Positions 13,090 through 25,126 of a stretch of 64,000 bases of DNA are shown here, piece by piece. Numbering within the stretch: position 1 is the stretch's first letter; every line of letters starts with the position of its first letter. Location of the stretch: assembly GCF_001447785.1 (NCBI RefSeq), contig NW_015161423.1:622700-686699 (forward strand), read 5' to 3'. The position numbers and the translations under genes were made by a program. The notes beneath the pieces are model-generated. The model made no database searches, was not told the origin of the DNA, and saw only the letters and a list, made by a program, of their open reading frames with translations. The stretch comes from Gekko japonicus. Its lineage: Eukaryota.

Positions 13090-13522
13090 GTAAGATACCC
13101 CCTGCAGGCAATACAGGGTGTGGGACAAATTGCAAGAAAAGACTATGGAGTTTGGAGATGCTACTGGGGTCATTCAGAATGGTCTGTAACCTGCTATGAT
13201 GTGGTTTTCACCATTGGCCAAATTTGTGTTTATACTGAAATTACATAGTATGTTGGTGAGAAATCACATCAATCTCAGCCAAAAAAAAATATATATTAAA
13301 TCTAGCCTTACCAGTGGCTTTCCTTCTTATATTTAAAAGGGAAGAAAATATTTTCTAGTCCCATACCAGTTTGGCATGGTACTCACCCTTGTCATTGAGC
13401 CAGAAAAGTCTGCCTGGATACTCCTTGTATTTACTTTAAACTGTAAATTACTTTTATGCAACTTCTTCTAGTAATGTGAATTGTCAGAAGGCAAATAACT
13501 TATGACCAATGCTCCCTCTAAG

Positions 13523-13780
13523 GAACCAGTTTGGTGTAGTGGTTAAGTGTACGGACTCTAATCTGGGAGAACTGGGTTTGATTCCCCACTCCTCCACTTG
13601 CAGCTGCTGGATGACCTTGGGCAAGCCATAGTTCTGTCAGAGGTGTTCTGTCAGAGGTCCCATCTACCTCACAGGGTGTCTGTTGTGGGGAGGGGAAGGG
13701 AAGGGAAAGGAGTTTGTAAGCCGCTCTGAGAATCCTAGTGAAAGGCGGGGTATAAATCCAATCTCTTCTTCTTCTTCTTC
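13523..13780 (+). mobile_element. tRNA-derived squamate SINE (Squam3-like) with (TTC)n tail
   Basis: A box TGGTGTAGTGG, B-box-like GGTTTGATTCC, (TTC)n tail and TSD tctaag. Confidence 0.85.
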
Positions 13781-13875
13781 TAAGCTGTGGAGTCTTGTAA
13801 GCAAAAATTCTACTTTGTGAGCTACTGGCATTAAAGTTGTGAGCAAGCGATTGGGGTACCACATAAATTAGTTTG

Positions 13876-14192
13876 TGAGAGACTTCTGGCAGATGAAAAT
13901 CAGCAAAACTCCAGACAAATAGCTAAATTCTGCTTGCAGCTGGTAAAATTCCACAATAAAAACCCTTAATCACCTTTTGCATGACTTCTAATTAGTTTAG
14001 TTTTAGACATTTTCATAGTTATTCTGATATAATGGACTGTTAAACTTTTTATTTTTTAACATTTTAATGGTTTTAAGGTTATATGTTTAAATATATATCT
14101 TTGGACTGAAAGCTAATCTGTTGTATTTAATGAATATGTATTATTTTGACAAATGGTCTTTGACCGTAAATAAACATCATTCATTCATTCAG
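13876..14192 (+). mobile_element. LINE 3' end with (CATT)n tail
   Basis: AT-rich 3'UTR, AATAAA followed by cattcattcattca, and TSD attagtttg. Confidence 0.65.
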
Positions 14193-14403
14193 ATTAGTTT
14201 GCTCTGGAGCCATCCTTCTTGAGCTAAGACAAAAATGTGTGAGCTGGAGGCTAAAAAACTATGAGCTAGCTCACACTAACTCAACTTAGAGGGCACACTG
14301 CTTATGACAGTTGGGAAAAAATGGAATGCTTGTATCCAGTGGCACAAGTGGCTGGTCCAAGAATGGTGAATTCTGAAGGCCATGCCTTGAGCAGTGAATG
14401 AAT

Positions 14404-14993
14404 GAATGAATTTATTATTACAGCGCATAGCCAGCAATATAAAACCATACCTGCAAATATTTATCATATAAATAGATCACAATGTCAAAAGTATCCAGAT
14501 GGTGAATCTATTAATATAAAACAAGGTTAAATAGAAATAGAATTGTACAAGCATTTTAAACTCTAAAACCAAAAATACGGTGTAATAATGGACAGAATTT
14601 AGTCTTAAAAAAGATAAAATAACAAGAATAAAAGATCGATTGGATTTAAAACAAACAGTCCTAACCCAAGTGGCTGCCTGGACGCTGATGAGCTTTTACA
14701 ACCAAAAAACAAAATTTCGCTATCTGATGTAGCGCTATATGGTCAGAATTTGAAAGCAATTGCTCTATCTTATCCTGATCTGAGGAGCCAACCAAGAGAG
14801 GGCCAATAAGTTTTGTGCGAGCTTCGTTATATAATGGGCATCTCAGGAACACATGTTCCTGGGATTCGATCTCCCCAGACGCACACATACATAGCCTCTC
14901 ATTTCGGGGAGTTTTCTTGAATTTGCCTTCAAGGACTGCAGAAGGTAAGGCGGAGCATCTAGCCAGAGTATACGCCCTCCTAAGTTTATTTGA
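14404..14993 (-). mobile_element. 5'-truncated LINE (ORF2 C-terminal Cys/His knuckle plus 3'UTR; RTE-X/L2-like, clade uncertain)
   Basis: Minus-strand peptide CASGEIESQEHVFLRCPLY, (ATTC)n tail and a 31-nt flanking direct repeat. Confidence 0.8.
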
Positions 14994-16740
14994 CTGAAGG
15001 CCATGCCTTGAGCAGTGAATGAATTTATGTTGGCATTTCTCTCCCCCCCAAAAAACTGCTGCTTGTGCGTCCTAGCCTCACTTGGCTTTTTGCAGTAATG
15101 GCTGCTGTAAATGAGGCAGGTACCTCCAAGATGATTCCTAGCCTGTATATTACACATAGGTCTCCTACATCAATCACTCATGGCAGTGTCATTTTAGACA
15201 AATCTATAGGTACAAATCAATGAATAAGTTAACAATGACAATGGCAAAACCAACTCTGAGCTATTATTTATATTTATTTATTAATTATATTTATACCCCG
15301 CCCATCCCGCAAGCGGGCTCAGGGCGGCTAACATGACTTATCCTTGGTGATGCCACTCAAGAGCATTTTAGAAAGTCTGTGTCCAGTGCCCAGTACCATC
15401 TTTAACTTTAAATGTGTTCTCCACCACCCCCCACACACATACACCATGCCAGCCAGCTTGGCTTGGTGAAGGGATTTAAAGAGACAAATGCCTTCTCCAA
15501 GCCAGCAGGCAGGGCTGGGGCTTGGAGAATGATTTTAACTTTAGATGGGGAAGGCGAAGAGAAAGAGAGAGAGAAAGAAAGGTGGAAAGAAAGAAAGTGG
15601 AAAGAAAGCAAATAGATGGGGGGAGGGAGGGAGAGATGGAAAGAAAGCAACTTTAAATGTGCCCTCCAAGCCCCGCCATGCCTCCCTGCCATCTATCTTG
15701 GCTTGGAGAGGGGATTTAAAGAGGCAAAGGCCTTCTCCAGGCGGGGGGGGGGGTTTTGAGGACTCATTTAAAGTTAAAGTTGCTTTCTTTCTCTGCTCCC
15801 CTCACCTCAAGCCTTACCAGGGAGAGGAATACTGGCTGGGGAAGGGAAGACTGATAGGGGAGGCATACCTTGCCTTCACTTCCCCAGCTACCTTGCTTGG
15901 AGCCACAGAATATGTGTGAAAGGGCCGCATGTGGCTCCCGAGCCGCAGTTTGGCCACCACTGATCTTGGGTAACAAGGCTGGAAAAGATTCTGACTGAGG
16001 CTGTGGAGAATCACAGCCAGTCAGAGAAAACATTACTAGGCTAGATGGACCAATGGTTTGTCTAACTAAAAGGCAGATTCATATGTACTATTTCTATAAA
16101 TCAAGAATGAACTTCATTGGGGGACTGTATAATTTCAGCTTGGCCTGGCAAATATAAACAGAATACAAACAGAAAAGTTGGATACTGGCCAGGACTGTGG
16201 AGGCGCTTACTACTCCTTTGGCTTAGGCAGATATCCCATTTGATATCTGTTTCTTCCAGCTTTATGATATATTGACCGAAACAAAACAGAAGAGTGATTT
16301 ATAGCTGCTTATTAACTACTAGTCTACAGTACTCATATGTTACCACTCAGTGGCTGTAGTCCAACGCTGAATTAGGCATGCTTAAGCTTGTTGAAATCAA
16401 TAGACCTATCAGTGCATCTTCTTTTGAATTGTAGCCCATGATTTTTCTCATATGTTTCGTACTGTTTCGTACAGTAATTCCATGTACAATCAGTGCAGGT
16501 CTTCAGACATGATAATTCTGACAATCCCTGGTTTTAAGTGGGAAACTGTACATATTGCTAATTGGTATAGTTGCTAATTGGTATAGTTAAGTAGCAACTT
16601 AATAGTCTTATGTATGTTCTCATTTAGATGGTAATGAATACTTCAAATGCAAAGAGACAACTTGCTTCTCCCTCCTGCTGAGCCTATATACTCAGCCCCT
16701 AGATTTTCACCCCAGAGTCCATTTCCGGTATCACTGCTAC

Positions 16741-16949
16741 CAGGGGTCATTTGGGGGGGGACGCGGGGGGACGCCATCCCCCCGGGTGAGGTGCGGGAGG
16801 GCGGGGCCTGGAGCTCCCTGCTGGTGCCCGCTGGAGGTCGCCGCCGGCTGTGGGGAGGACACACTTCCGGTGATGTCAGGGGGTGTGGCATATGCTAATG
16901 AGTTATGCTAATGAGCCCCCCTAGCTCTTTTTCTACGAAATGACCCCTG
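16741..16949. mobile_element. hAT MITE
   Basis: TIRs CAGGGGTCATTT/AAATGACCCCTG and perfect 8-bp TSD actgctac. CpG-rich, so probably young. Confidence 0.88.
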
Positions 16950-19900
16950 ACTGCTACTAATAATCTGCCAGTCTGTCCAAGCCTCTTGCAGCCTGTCATT
17001 TCTGGCTCAGTCTTTGAGAATCAGCTCTATAAAATCAAAGGAAATGTCATCTGTATCTTGAGAACACTTATTGCAGAATATTTTCCTAGGCTGTACTGGG
17101 ATGGATCTAATCAGTAGTGGAGGCAAAAACAGTCTCCCTCCCCCCTTTCCCCATCTCCAAATAAATTGCAAAGATGATTTAGTTTAATGCTGACCTGGTG
17201 ATAAGAGTTAAGGAGCACCTTGATAGCAACAAGATGCAGGGAACACAGGAATAACAGCATGCTTTAGACAGATGTGAGATGACAAATAGATTCCAGACTG
17301 TCTTTTGGAGGCAAGATGATGTTAGCAATTGCGCTTCCAGAATTTTTCAGTTGCTTAACATTACTTTGGTGTGCTGGCTTGAGGAAAGCATCGTGCTGAG
17401 CATGGCAGAAACAGATGCTCTCTGCAATTTGGCAGTTCCCAGAGTTCTATTCTTGAGAACTTGATACAAACAACATTTGAGGAAGAGAAAGCTAAATGCT
17501 TCTTGGAATCTCTAATGGATGAACTTTTGCTCTGGCCTTTTATTGTCTTCATCCCAAAGAGCCAAAATGAGCAGCCTAGCAGTTTACAAGGAGGGTATCA
17601 GAAGCCAAGTTGCACCCTTTCCGGGTTTCTTCATCTAATCTTTTCTTAGCACCTTCTTCACTGGTACCAATGGTCAAACTGAGATCAGCACTATGAGATT
17701 TATTAGTGATATCCTTTCCTTTCTTGCCCTTTTAGAAAGCTACGGAGTGGACAGGCCATAGAATTTATAAAATTTATCTTCCCTTGGTCCCAGGCCAACA
17801 ACTCCAGGTGGTTTTATATGTTTCTGCCAAAGCAAATATGACCAAATGCAATATTACAAAGCTTTTAAAAAATAACTAGTTCATTCACACTAACGTTCTG
17901 TGTTTTAAAAATACTTCATGCTAACTGAAGCAATTTGAAACATTTTATAGCCATTGTCATTCTCTAAGGGACTTTGAAAGATTTTGCTGTTTGTTCTTTG
18001 GCTTTTGAAGGTTTTAGGAATATGAAATAAAGAGGGGACCTTAGGACAGTGGCTTTCAGATTTTGTTCTAGGGGATTCTAGGCTTCTTTAGAAATATTAG
18101 AGAGTTTATCAATGAAAAGTTCAATAATTACAGACGAGCCACCTGCAAAGGGCAGCTTGGTAGTATGTAGCTGCAATAGAGCAGGAGGTGTTTCCCAGGT
18201 TGCATTGTCTCTTGCTATGGAACAACAGGCCTGGCAAGTCTCTGAATATATAGTCTAAAACATGTCCACTGTAAATTTCTTTTGTTAATGCATATGGATT
18301 TCATGAGAAATGGGAAAGGGTTCCTTAGCAGTGAAGCTGTAAAGTTTGGAAACACCTGCCTTAGCAAGGAGCCAAAGGCCTTGTTGCTACTTTTACCACT
18401 AGAATGGCTTTAGTGCAGCTGCTCCTTTGTACTAGACCTTAGAGAAGAGACTTCCAGCCTTTACAGATCTGGACCCACATTTAACCACTAGCAGGTAGCA
18501 TGGGCCACTGACCTGATACAAGAAATTATAGCCTTCCATCTTTAAAAACAAAGCAAAACAAATGAGCTAAATATAAGCAACTTCCCCAAAATCATGTTTA
18601 GGGATGCCAGTGTCTGGGGGGAGGGTACGCTAGGGATTTCCCAGAATTGCAGCTCATCTCCAGACTACGGAGATCCGTTCCCCTGGAGAAAACGGCTGCT
18701 TTGGAGGGGGGACTCTATGGCATTGTACCCAACTGGAGTCCTTGTCCTCCCCAGACTCCACCCCCAAATCTCCAGGAGGTTCCCAGCCTGGAGCTGGTAA
18801 CCCTATCCCCCCCTGCCCATGGACAAGGGAAACCTGGGAACCCTATATGTATCATATATGACCTAATGGCATATGCTGCTGTCTTTGAATCAGATGTCAG
18901 AGCATGCCCGTAGCCATGTTGGTGCACAAAGGGGCCCCCACCAAACATCAGATTGTTGTGAATTCTGTCACAAGTCTTCTGCCAATGAGAGAGGGCATTT
19001 CATTCCCTCCACCTTCCCAGGCTTTGCCAATGAGGGAGAGAATCTCCTTCTCTCCTCCAGCCTTCCTCCCAGGCTTTGCCAATGAGAGAATCTCTTTCCG
19101 TTCTCTCTCCCAGGCTTTCCCTTTGCATTTTGCTTCCTGCACAAAGTAGTTGATCCAGCTGTGTTCTGAAGCACATGACACAGTCCTTTCCCCACCTTAG
19201 CTTGCTGGCTCGTGTCAGGGATGGATTCCTCTGATCTGCAGCACTGTACCACATTAAGGTGGAAGCTTTTTTTTTTGCTCTATTTTAGCCCAGATGGGGA
19301 GTGTTCAGAGGTGGCTGGGATCAGAGGAAGTGGGTGGCAGCACAGCCTCTGCATTCTGCCTTTCACAAGTGGAATTGTGACCATTTTGCAGTGTGTGCAG
19401 GTGCTTACGCAGCTGTTTTGTGCCTTGAAAACACTTGGGGGCACGTGAAAGAGTTCCACTCTACAAGCCCATGGTAGATCTGGACATTTTAAAATCACTG
19501 TAAAATGGATCATAATGAATTGGTGCCAGCAACAAATTTTGCCTTCTCTTTTAACTGGGCTCAGCAAGGGGTGGGGGGGAGTCAGTCTCTGTATTTGTAG
19601 AGGAGAGCCTCCCCAGCTTCTCTTCCTATCTGTATGAAGCAAAAAAGCTGCCCTTCCCCTGCATTCCAGGCAGGCTGTACCTGTGAAGAAAAAGTGTGTG
19701 TGCACATACTCACTAGGGCTGCCAGCTCCATGTTCAGAAATTCTTGGAGATTTGGGGGGTGGAGCCTGGGGAATGTTGGGGAGGAACATTAATCAGGCTT
19801 AATACGATAGAGTCTATCTTCTTAAGCATCTATTTTCTCCAGGGGAAGTGATCTATCTAGTCTGGTGATCACTTGTAATTCTGGGAGATTTCCAGGCCCC

Positions 19901-20770
19901 ATCTGGAGGTTGGCAACCCTATGGCATTCCAGCCTGCATGCCTATAGCTGTTCTTTCCTATAGCAAGTTATGTGGAGCCATACCATTTGGCACACTGCAA
20001 CCCAGGAAAGTGGAAGTGGGACGATATGGGGGTGGGGATCGTCATGGATTTACAAAGCTCCATGAGTAAATAAAGGAAGGGGATATTTGGCTTCAAACAA
20101 AATGGATTATCGTTTAACCTTCTTTATAGAATGATCCCTTGTAGAGACTTTGCACTGCATCATAGCTCATTCATAACAAAGTAAATAAATAATTATGTGC
20201 TCGCCACTACTGTACTCATTTGCCCCCCCCCAATAAAAATTTTCTGGCTATGGGCCTGTGTCAGAGCAACCTTCTATATGCTTTTACCATTAGTCACCTA
20301 AGGGAGCCTATATCGTTTGATTGGTAGGAAATTCCAAAGACACCTTTCTGGGGCCAGTTTTCTTGTAAAGAGGATGTATGATTGAGCAGGTTTATGCATT
20401 CTCAAAGTGATTATCTACATAGAAAATGACAGTTAAAAAAAAACAGCCCCCTCAACAGTATCAGTTAAAACAATAAATGACAAACTAATCTGTACAATAT
20501 CTGCCTGTGACACAAATGCCAATGGCTTGAAATTGCCACCAGATGTAAAAAAAGCTGTTGAGCCTAACTCTACAAAGACTTAAAGGGGAGGGCTATTTGG
20601 AATAATCAGAGCAAGAATGGATTATTGGAAATAAGCATACAAAGTACAATTCATTCTGTTGGTATCGCATCCCATCCTTATTTAGGTCCATTCTGGCCAC
20701 CATCTCTTCAGTATTTGTCTACTGAATAAATGAGAAGGAGGTAGGAAATATAGAAAAATAAGTCTGAGAA

Positions 20771-20995
20771 TCAGTGCGGGGCAGTGGCTAGAGTGTCAGG
20801 ACCAGGATTTGGGAGAAACAAGTTTGAATCTCCACTCTGCCATGGAAGCTCACTGGGTGACTACGCCTATCACTCTCTTAGCCTAACTACCTCACAGGGC
20901 TGTTGATATGGGATAAAGTGAAGGAGGGGAGAACAATGTGATAAACCACTTTGGATCTCCATTGGGGAGAAAATTGGGATATAGATTTATTTATT
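20771..20995 (+). mobile_element. Older tRNA-derived SINE (Squam-type)
   Basis: GCAGTGGCTAGAGTGTCAGGAC...TTTGAATCTCCACTCTGCCATGGAAGCTCACTGGGTGAC...CCTAACTACCTCACAGGG. Boundaries approximate. Confidence 0.7.
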
Positions 20996-22408
20996 TTTTT
21001 AAAAAAGACCACCACCATTTTTGAGGCTCTGTATATATTGCACACATGTATTGCACATGATTGGCCAGCATGAATTGCCTCATTTTATAACAGTATATGT
21101 CGTTATGTCAAGAATTCCTATAAAATGATCCCAGGCACTGCAAACTGCACCAGAAGGACTGGTGAGTGAGCCTGTAGCACATGCAATTGATTCAGAAATT
21201 TCAGACAAACTGTCTGGGATTCAGAGCGAACCCTTCTGCAGTGCTACTTAGGCCTCTCCATTTCCCATTATTCATGTGAAACAAGACAGTGACAGTAGCT
21301 GATGTACAGTTGCAAGGAAATTGGAAAACACATACTCTCTCCCACCCAACTTTATTATTTCCAGATTCACCAGTATATTGATGTGTATCAGGTCTGAAGA
21401 AGGAGTCATACATATATAATTTGGGAGTAAAATGTCAGTTTCTCTGCTCAGACTTTGTACTATTAGCTTTTACCACTTGGCTAACATCGGCTATAGTGAG
21501 CCTAATGGAGCTTTGCTCTGATTGGCTGGTTTAAATGTCATGATTACATCACAGAACCAAGAGCTGGTGACAGTTAGTCAAAGGAGGCAGTTGGTGAAAT
21601 GGGCTGAGGAGAAACAGTTCTTTGGAAAGGCTTGTGAATATCTGCAGGCAAGTTTGGGGCCTGTGAAGAGTCACTGTGGGGAGAGAGGAAGGAAGGAAGA
21701 AAATAACAGTTAACAGGGGAATGAGTCTGTAGGACAATTGGTCTGGATACTGAGGCGCAGGGTAAGGTGAGCAGGAAGTTCAAGCCTAAATCTAAGTGGT
21801 CCCAAGACAGTTTAAGAGAGTTTGGGGTAGCAGTGGAAATGGGCATATATCCTTAATTTCTACCCCCACCCCAACCCTGGATGGTATAAGCTTTTGAGGA
21901 ATTTGCCCTCTTCATAGTTTAAAGAATCCTGCAGTCTTTCCCTCAAATCCCTGGTTTGCTGCTCTGATGAACTTCAGTATTAGAGGGGAAAAGCTGGGGT
22001 GAGAAATCAGTGATAAATTGGTGAGAAGACAATACATGATTTCAAAATTCTGCTTACAGCCATATATTCTTCTTCAAAATACTATCCACATTTAGGACTT
22101 GACCAGACCAATTTCCCCCCTCACCCTATAGGGGTTTTTTTGTTTATTTTTTACCTCATAAACAACATTTTGTGCTTCATGGAGTTGCCAGCTCTGGATT
22201 GGGAACGTCCTGGTAATTTCAGGGTGGAGCCTGAAGAGGAGGGGAAGGAACTCAGTGGGTTATAATGCCATAGAGTACCACCCTCTAAAGCAGCCCTTTT
22301 TTCATACAGTGAATAGCCTCACAAAGCTTTTCCCATGGAAAAGTCTTCTTTTGCAAGGGCCTAAAATTTTTGTCTTGTCTTACTAGACATGCTGTTGTCA
22401 CTCACCAC

Positions 22409-22924
22409 TAGGGTTGCCAGTTCCTATTTTCTCCCCAGCGGGGGGATTTGGGGGATGTGACGAGAGGTGGAAGGGCTGTCCCCAACATGTGATGTCATTG
22501 TGTCAAGGATGCGGTGGTAAGCGGGGCAACATGTGCACCATTTAAAGGTAAAGGCAGGGACCACCCATGCCTGCCCTGCAAGTGGTGAGTTTGCTGCTTG
22601 CAATGTAGGTACAAGCAGCCCCCACTTCAAAAGAGCGGGCATCCCACGTGCTTGCCCTTCAACCAGCGACATCGCTGCTTGCAAGGCAAGCATGAGCGGC
22701 TCCCACTCTTTTGAAGTGTGAGCCATTTGCGCTTGCTCTGCAAGTACTGATCTTGCTGCTTTCAGGGCAGGCATGCATGGCCCCTGCTCTTTTCAAGCGG
22801 GGCAGGACAATTGCTTGGGTGGAATTCCACCCCCCTCACCCTCCGTGCTGGCCAGCTGGCCGGCATCTGAAAGCAGACCTAAAAAATGGGATCCCCTGCC
22901 CCCACCTGGGAACTGGCATCCCTA
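22409..22924. mobile_element. hAT MITE of the TAGGGTTGCCA family
   Basis: TIR TAGGGTTGCCAG/CTGGCATCCCTA and TSD ctcaccac/cttaccac. Confidence 0.75.
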
Positions 22925-23300
22925 CTTACCACCAATCCATAAAAAAACCTGGGAAAGGACAGGACTGGGCATTTACAAAAACTACAAAGAGTGCTTCACT
23001 ACTGCTGACTTCTGCAAAAGCCTGTGGAAAGGGGAAGAGATAAATCCCTTTTTCTTCCCCAAGTTTTCCCAGAGGTAAGGAGTTGGTCTTATCTATGGGG
23101 CAGCTTGGCAACTAGGCCCATATGCCTACTTTCCTTTTGCAAATAAGCCACTCTCACTTGTAGGTGGTATTTTGAAGTGATGCCCACAAATGTACAATCT
23201 AGCTAGCACTATTCATTGGTATCATTTTTTTTTTGCCCAAAAAGGTGATGCACAGATATCATCAGTCTGGCTAACATTATATTATAGCCTACCACAAAAA

Positions 23301-23476
23301 TAAAGGTAAAGGTTCCCTTGCTCGAAAGCCAGTCGAATCCGACTCTAGGGTTGTGGTGCTCATCTCCGTTTCAAAGCCGAAGAGCCAGCGCTGTCCAAAG
23401 ACTTTTCCGTGGTCATGTGGCCGGCATGACACCAAGGCGCACCAAGGCGCACGGAACGCTGTTACCTTCCCACTGA
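23301..23476 (-). mobile_element. Sauria SINE 3' part with (ACCTTT)n tail, inverted
   Basis: taaaggtaaagg tail followed by the reverse complement of the Sauria body. Confidence 0.88.
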
Positions 23477-23479
23477 TAG

Positions 23480-23763
23480 GGAGCTGCGGTGGCTCAAGTG
23501 GTTAAGACGCTGAACTGCAGGCTGTGGAAGGTCGGTAGTTCAGCAGTTCAAGACCTGAGTGTGCCGCATGACGGAGTGAGCTCCCGTCTCTAGTTCCAGC
23601 TCCTGCCAACCTAGCAGTTTGAAAGCAAGAAATTGCAAGTAGATAAATAGGTACCACTTCAGTGGGAAGGTAACAGCGTTCCGTGCGCCTTGGTGTTTAG
23701 TCATGCCGGCCACATGACCACAGAAACGTCTTCGGACAGTACTGGCTCTTCGGCTTTGAAACG
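23480..23763 (+). mobile_element. Sauria SINE lacking its 3' tail, fused to a LINE
   Basis: Full 5' head and body ending at CGGCTTTGAAACG. Confidence 0.88.
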
Positions 23764-25126
23764 CCTATTTTTTTCCAAATCCTGGAAACAGTTCACACGG
23801 ACAATCCAGGGAAATCCCATTGAGCAGGTCAAATCCTTTAAATACTTGATCACTTTCTACTACAATGGGAGCTGGGTTACTCACCGCAAATGTGCTACTA
23901 CTGTAGCAAGAAACAGTGCTGAGGCCATCGCTCGCTTTTTCTACTTGAGAGGCAATACATGTCCCAATGGCCTTAAAAGCCTTCAATGCAAAATCTAGTT
24001 CACAATTTCTATATGGCACTCCCATTTGGATAAGCGCAATTAACCAATCAGCAGAGGGTTTACAATTCTTTTTTTTTGCGGAAAATCCTTGGACTCCCTA
24101 ATTGTGTCCCATACGCTGCAATCTGTCCTGAAACCGGCCAAATGCTGCTGGAAAGGGCCTGGCTTCTGACCATCAAATTCTGGCTGCGTCTTGTTTAATC
24201 CGGACTCAAATTCCTTTACCTTTTTAATGCTGACAGATCATTATGAACCTAATTGGCTGAAATTAATTAAAAAAAATTAGGTCCTTAGGAATACATCTAG
24301 ACTCGCTTTACTTATCATCTGCCTCCACAATATTTTATACAATTAAATGCAGGCTTCCAGATATTCAATTTCAGCGCCTGACTGAGACAGCCAGGAAAAC
24401 CTGTTTCCCAGTTCATCTGGGATTATCCCAGACACTGGGCCAGACAGCTACTTATTTTTGTTCTCTAACTGATTACCATCAAAGAAGGGCTTTTATGTTA
24501 GCCAGATTTAACATATTGCCATCGGCTATCTTTTCTGGAAGATGCCAACAAGTCTCCTATGAACTTAGGCAATGCCCCTGCAGTCAGGGTGCTATCGAAT
24601 CTGTTTCCCATGTTCTTTTAAATTGTCCATTTTATACTAAGATTCGAGGAAAATTTCTGGACACCCTTCTCTTTACGTTAGGGTTGCCAGACTCCAGGTG
24701 GGGCCTGGGGATCTCCCGCTTATACAACTGATCTCCAGCTGACAGAGATCAGCTCCCCTGGAGAAAATGGCTGCTTTGGAGGGTGGACTCCATGGCATTG
24801 TACTGTGCTGAGGCCCCTCCCCTCCCCAAACCCCGCCCTCTCCTGGCTCCACCCCCAAAGTCTCCAGGTATTTTCCAAACCAGACTTGGCAACCCTACTT
24901 TACGTGGCGTGGTCTTCCTGAGAGTATTAAGGTTACTCTCTGGGCAAAACGCTTCTGTAACTTTTAATGTTGCTTGTTTGCTTTAATCTGTAATTTGAAC
25001 CAGGGAAACTATTAATTAATCAGTTCTTTTTTGTTAGCTGTTCGACAGCCATACCTTTGATATATTCCTAAATTTTAATGTTATCTTATCTCTTACATGC
25101 CAATAAAGGTTGTCTGTCTGTCTGTC
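23764..25126 (+). mobile_element. 5'-truncated LINE (late RT/thumb region to C-terminal knuckle; RTE-X/L2-like)
   Basis: Peptides IEQVKSFKYL, SQFLYGTPIW and RQCPCSQGAIESVSHVLLNCPFY; AATAAA plus a (TCTG)n tail. Confidence 0.82.
24679..24897. mobile_element. hAT MITE (TAGGGTTGCCA family) inserted in the LINE
   Basis: TIR TAGGGTTGCCA/TGGCAACCCTA and perfect TSD ctttacgt. Confidence 0.9.

Larger units (their letters stand above)
13507..14300. mobile_element. hAT MITE carrying a nested SINE and a nested LINE tail
   Basis: TIRs caatgctccctctaag / cttagagggcacactg. Perfect 8-bp TSD cttatgac at 13499-13506 and 14301-14308. Confidence 0.85.

Noticed and set aside
13523-13600. tRNA gene (also at the heads of the other SINEs)
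   Set aside because: The A and B boxes belong to tRNA-derived SINE heads; I see no cloverleaf.
18975-19125. CRISPR-like or regulatory repeat array
   Set aside because: Three degenerate tandem copies of TCCCAGGCTTTGCCAATGAG without unique spacers, in a eukaryotic context; an ordinary minisatellite.
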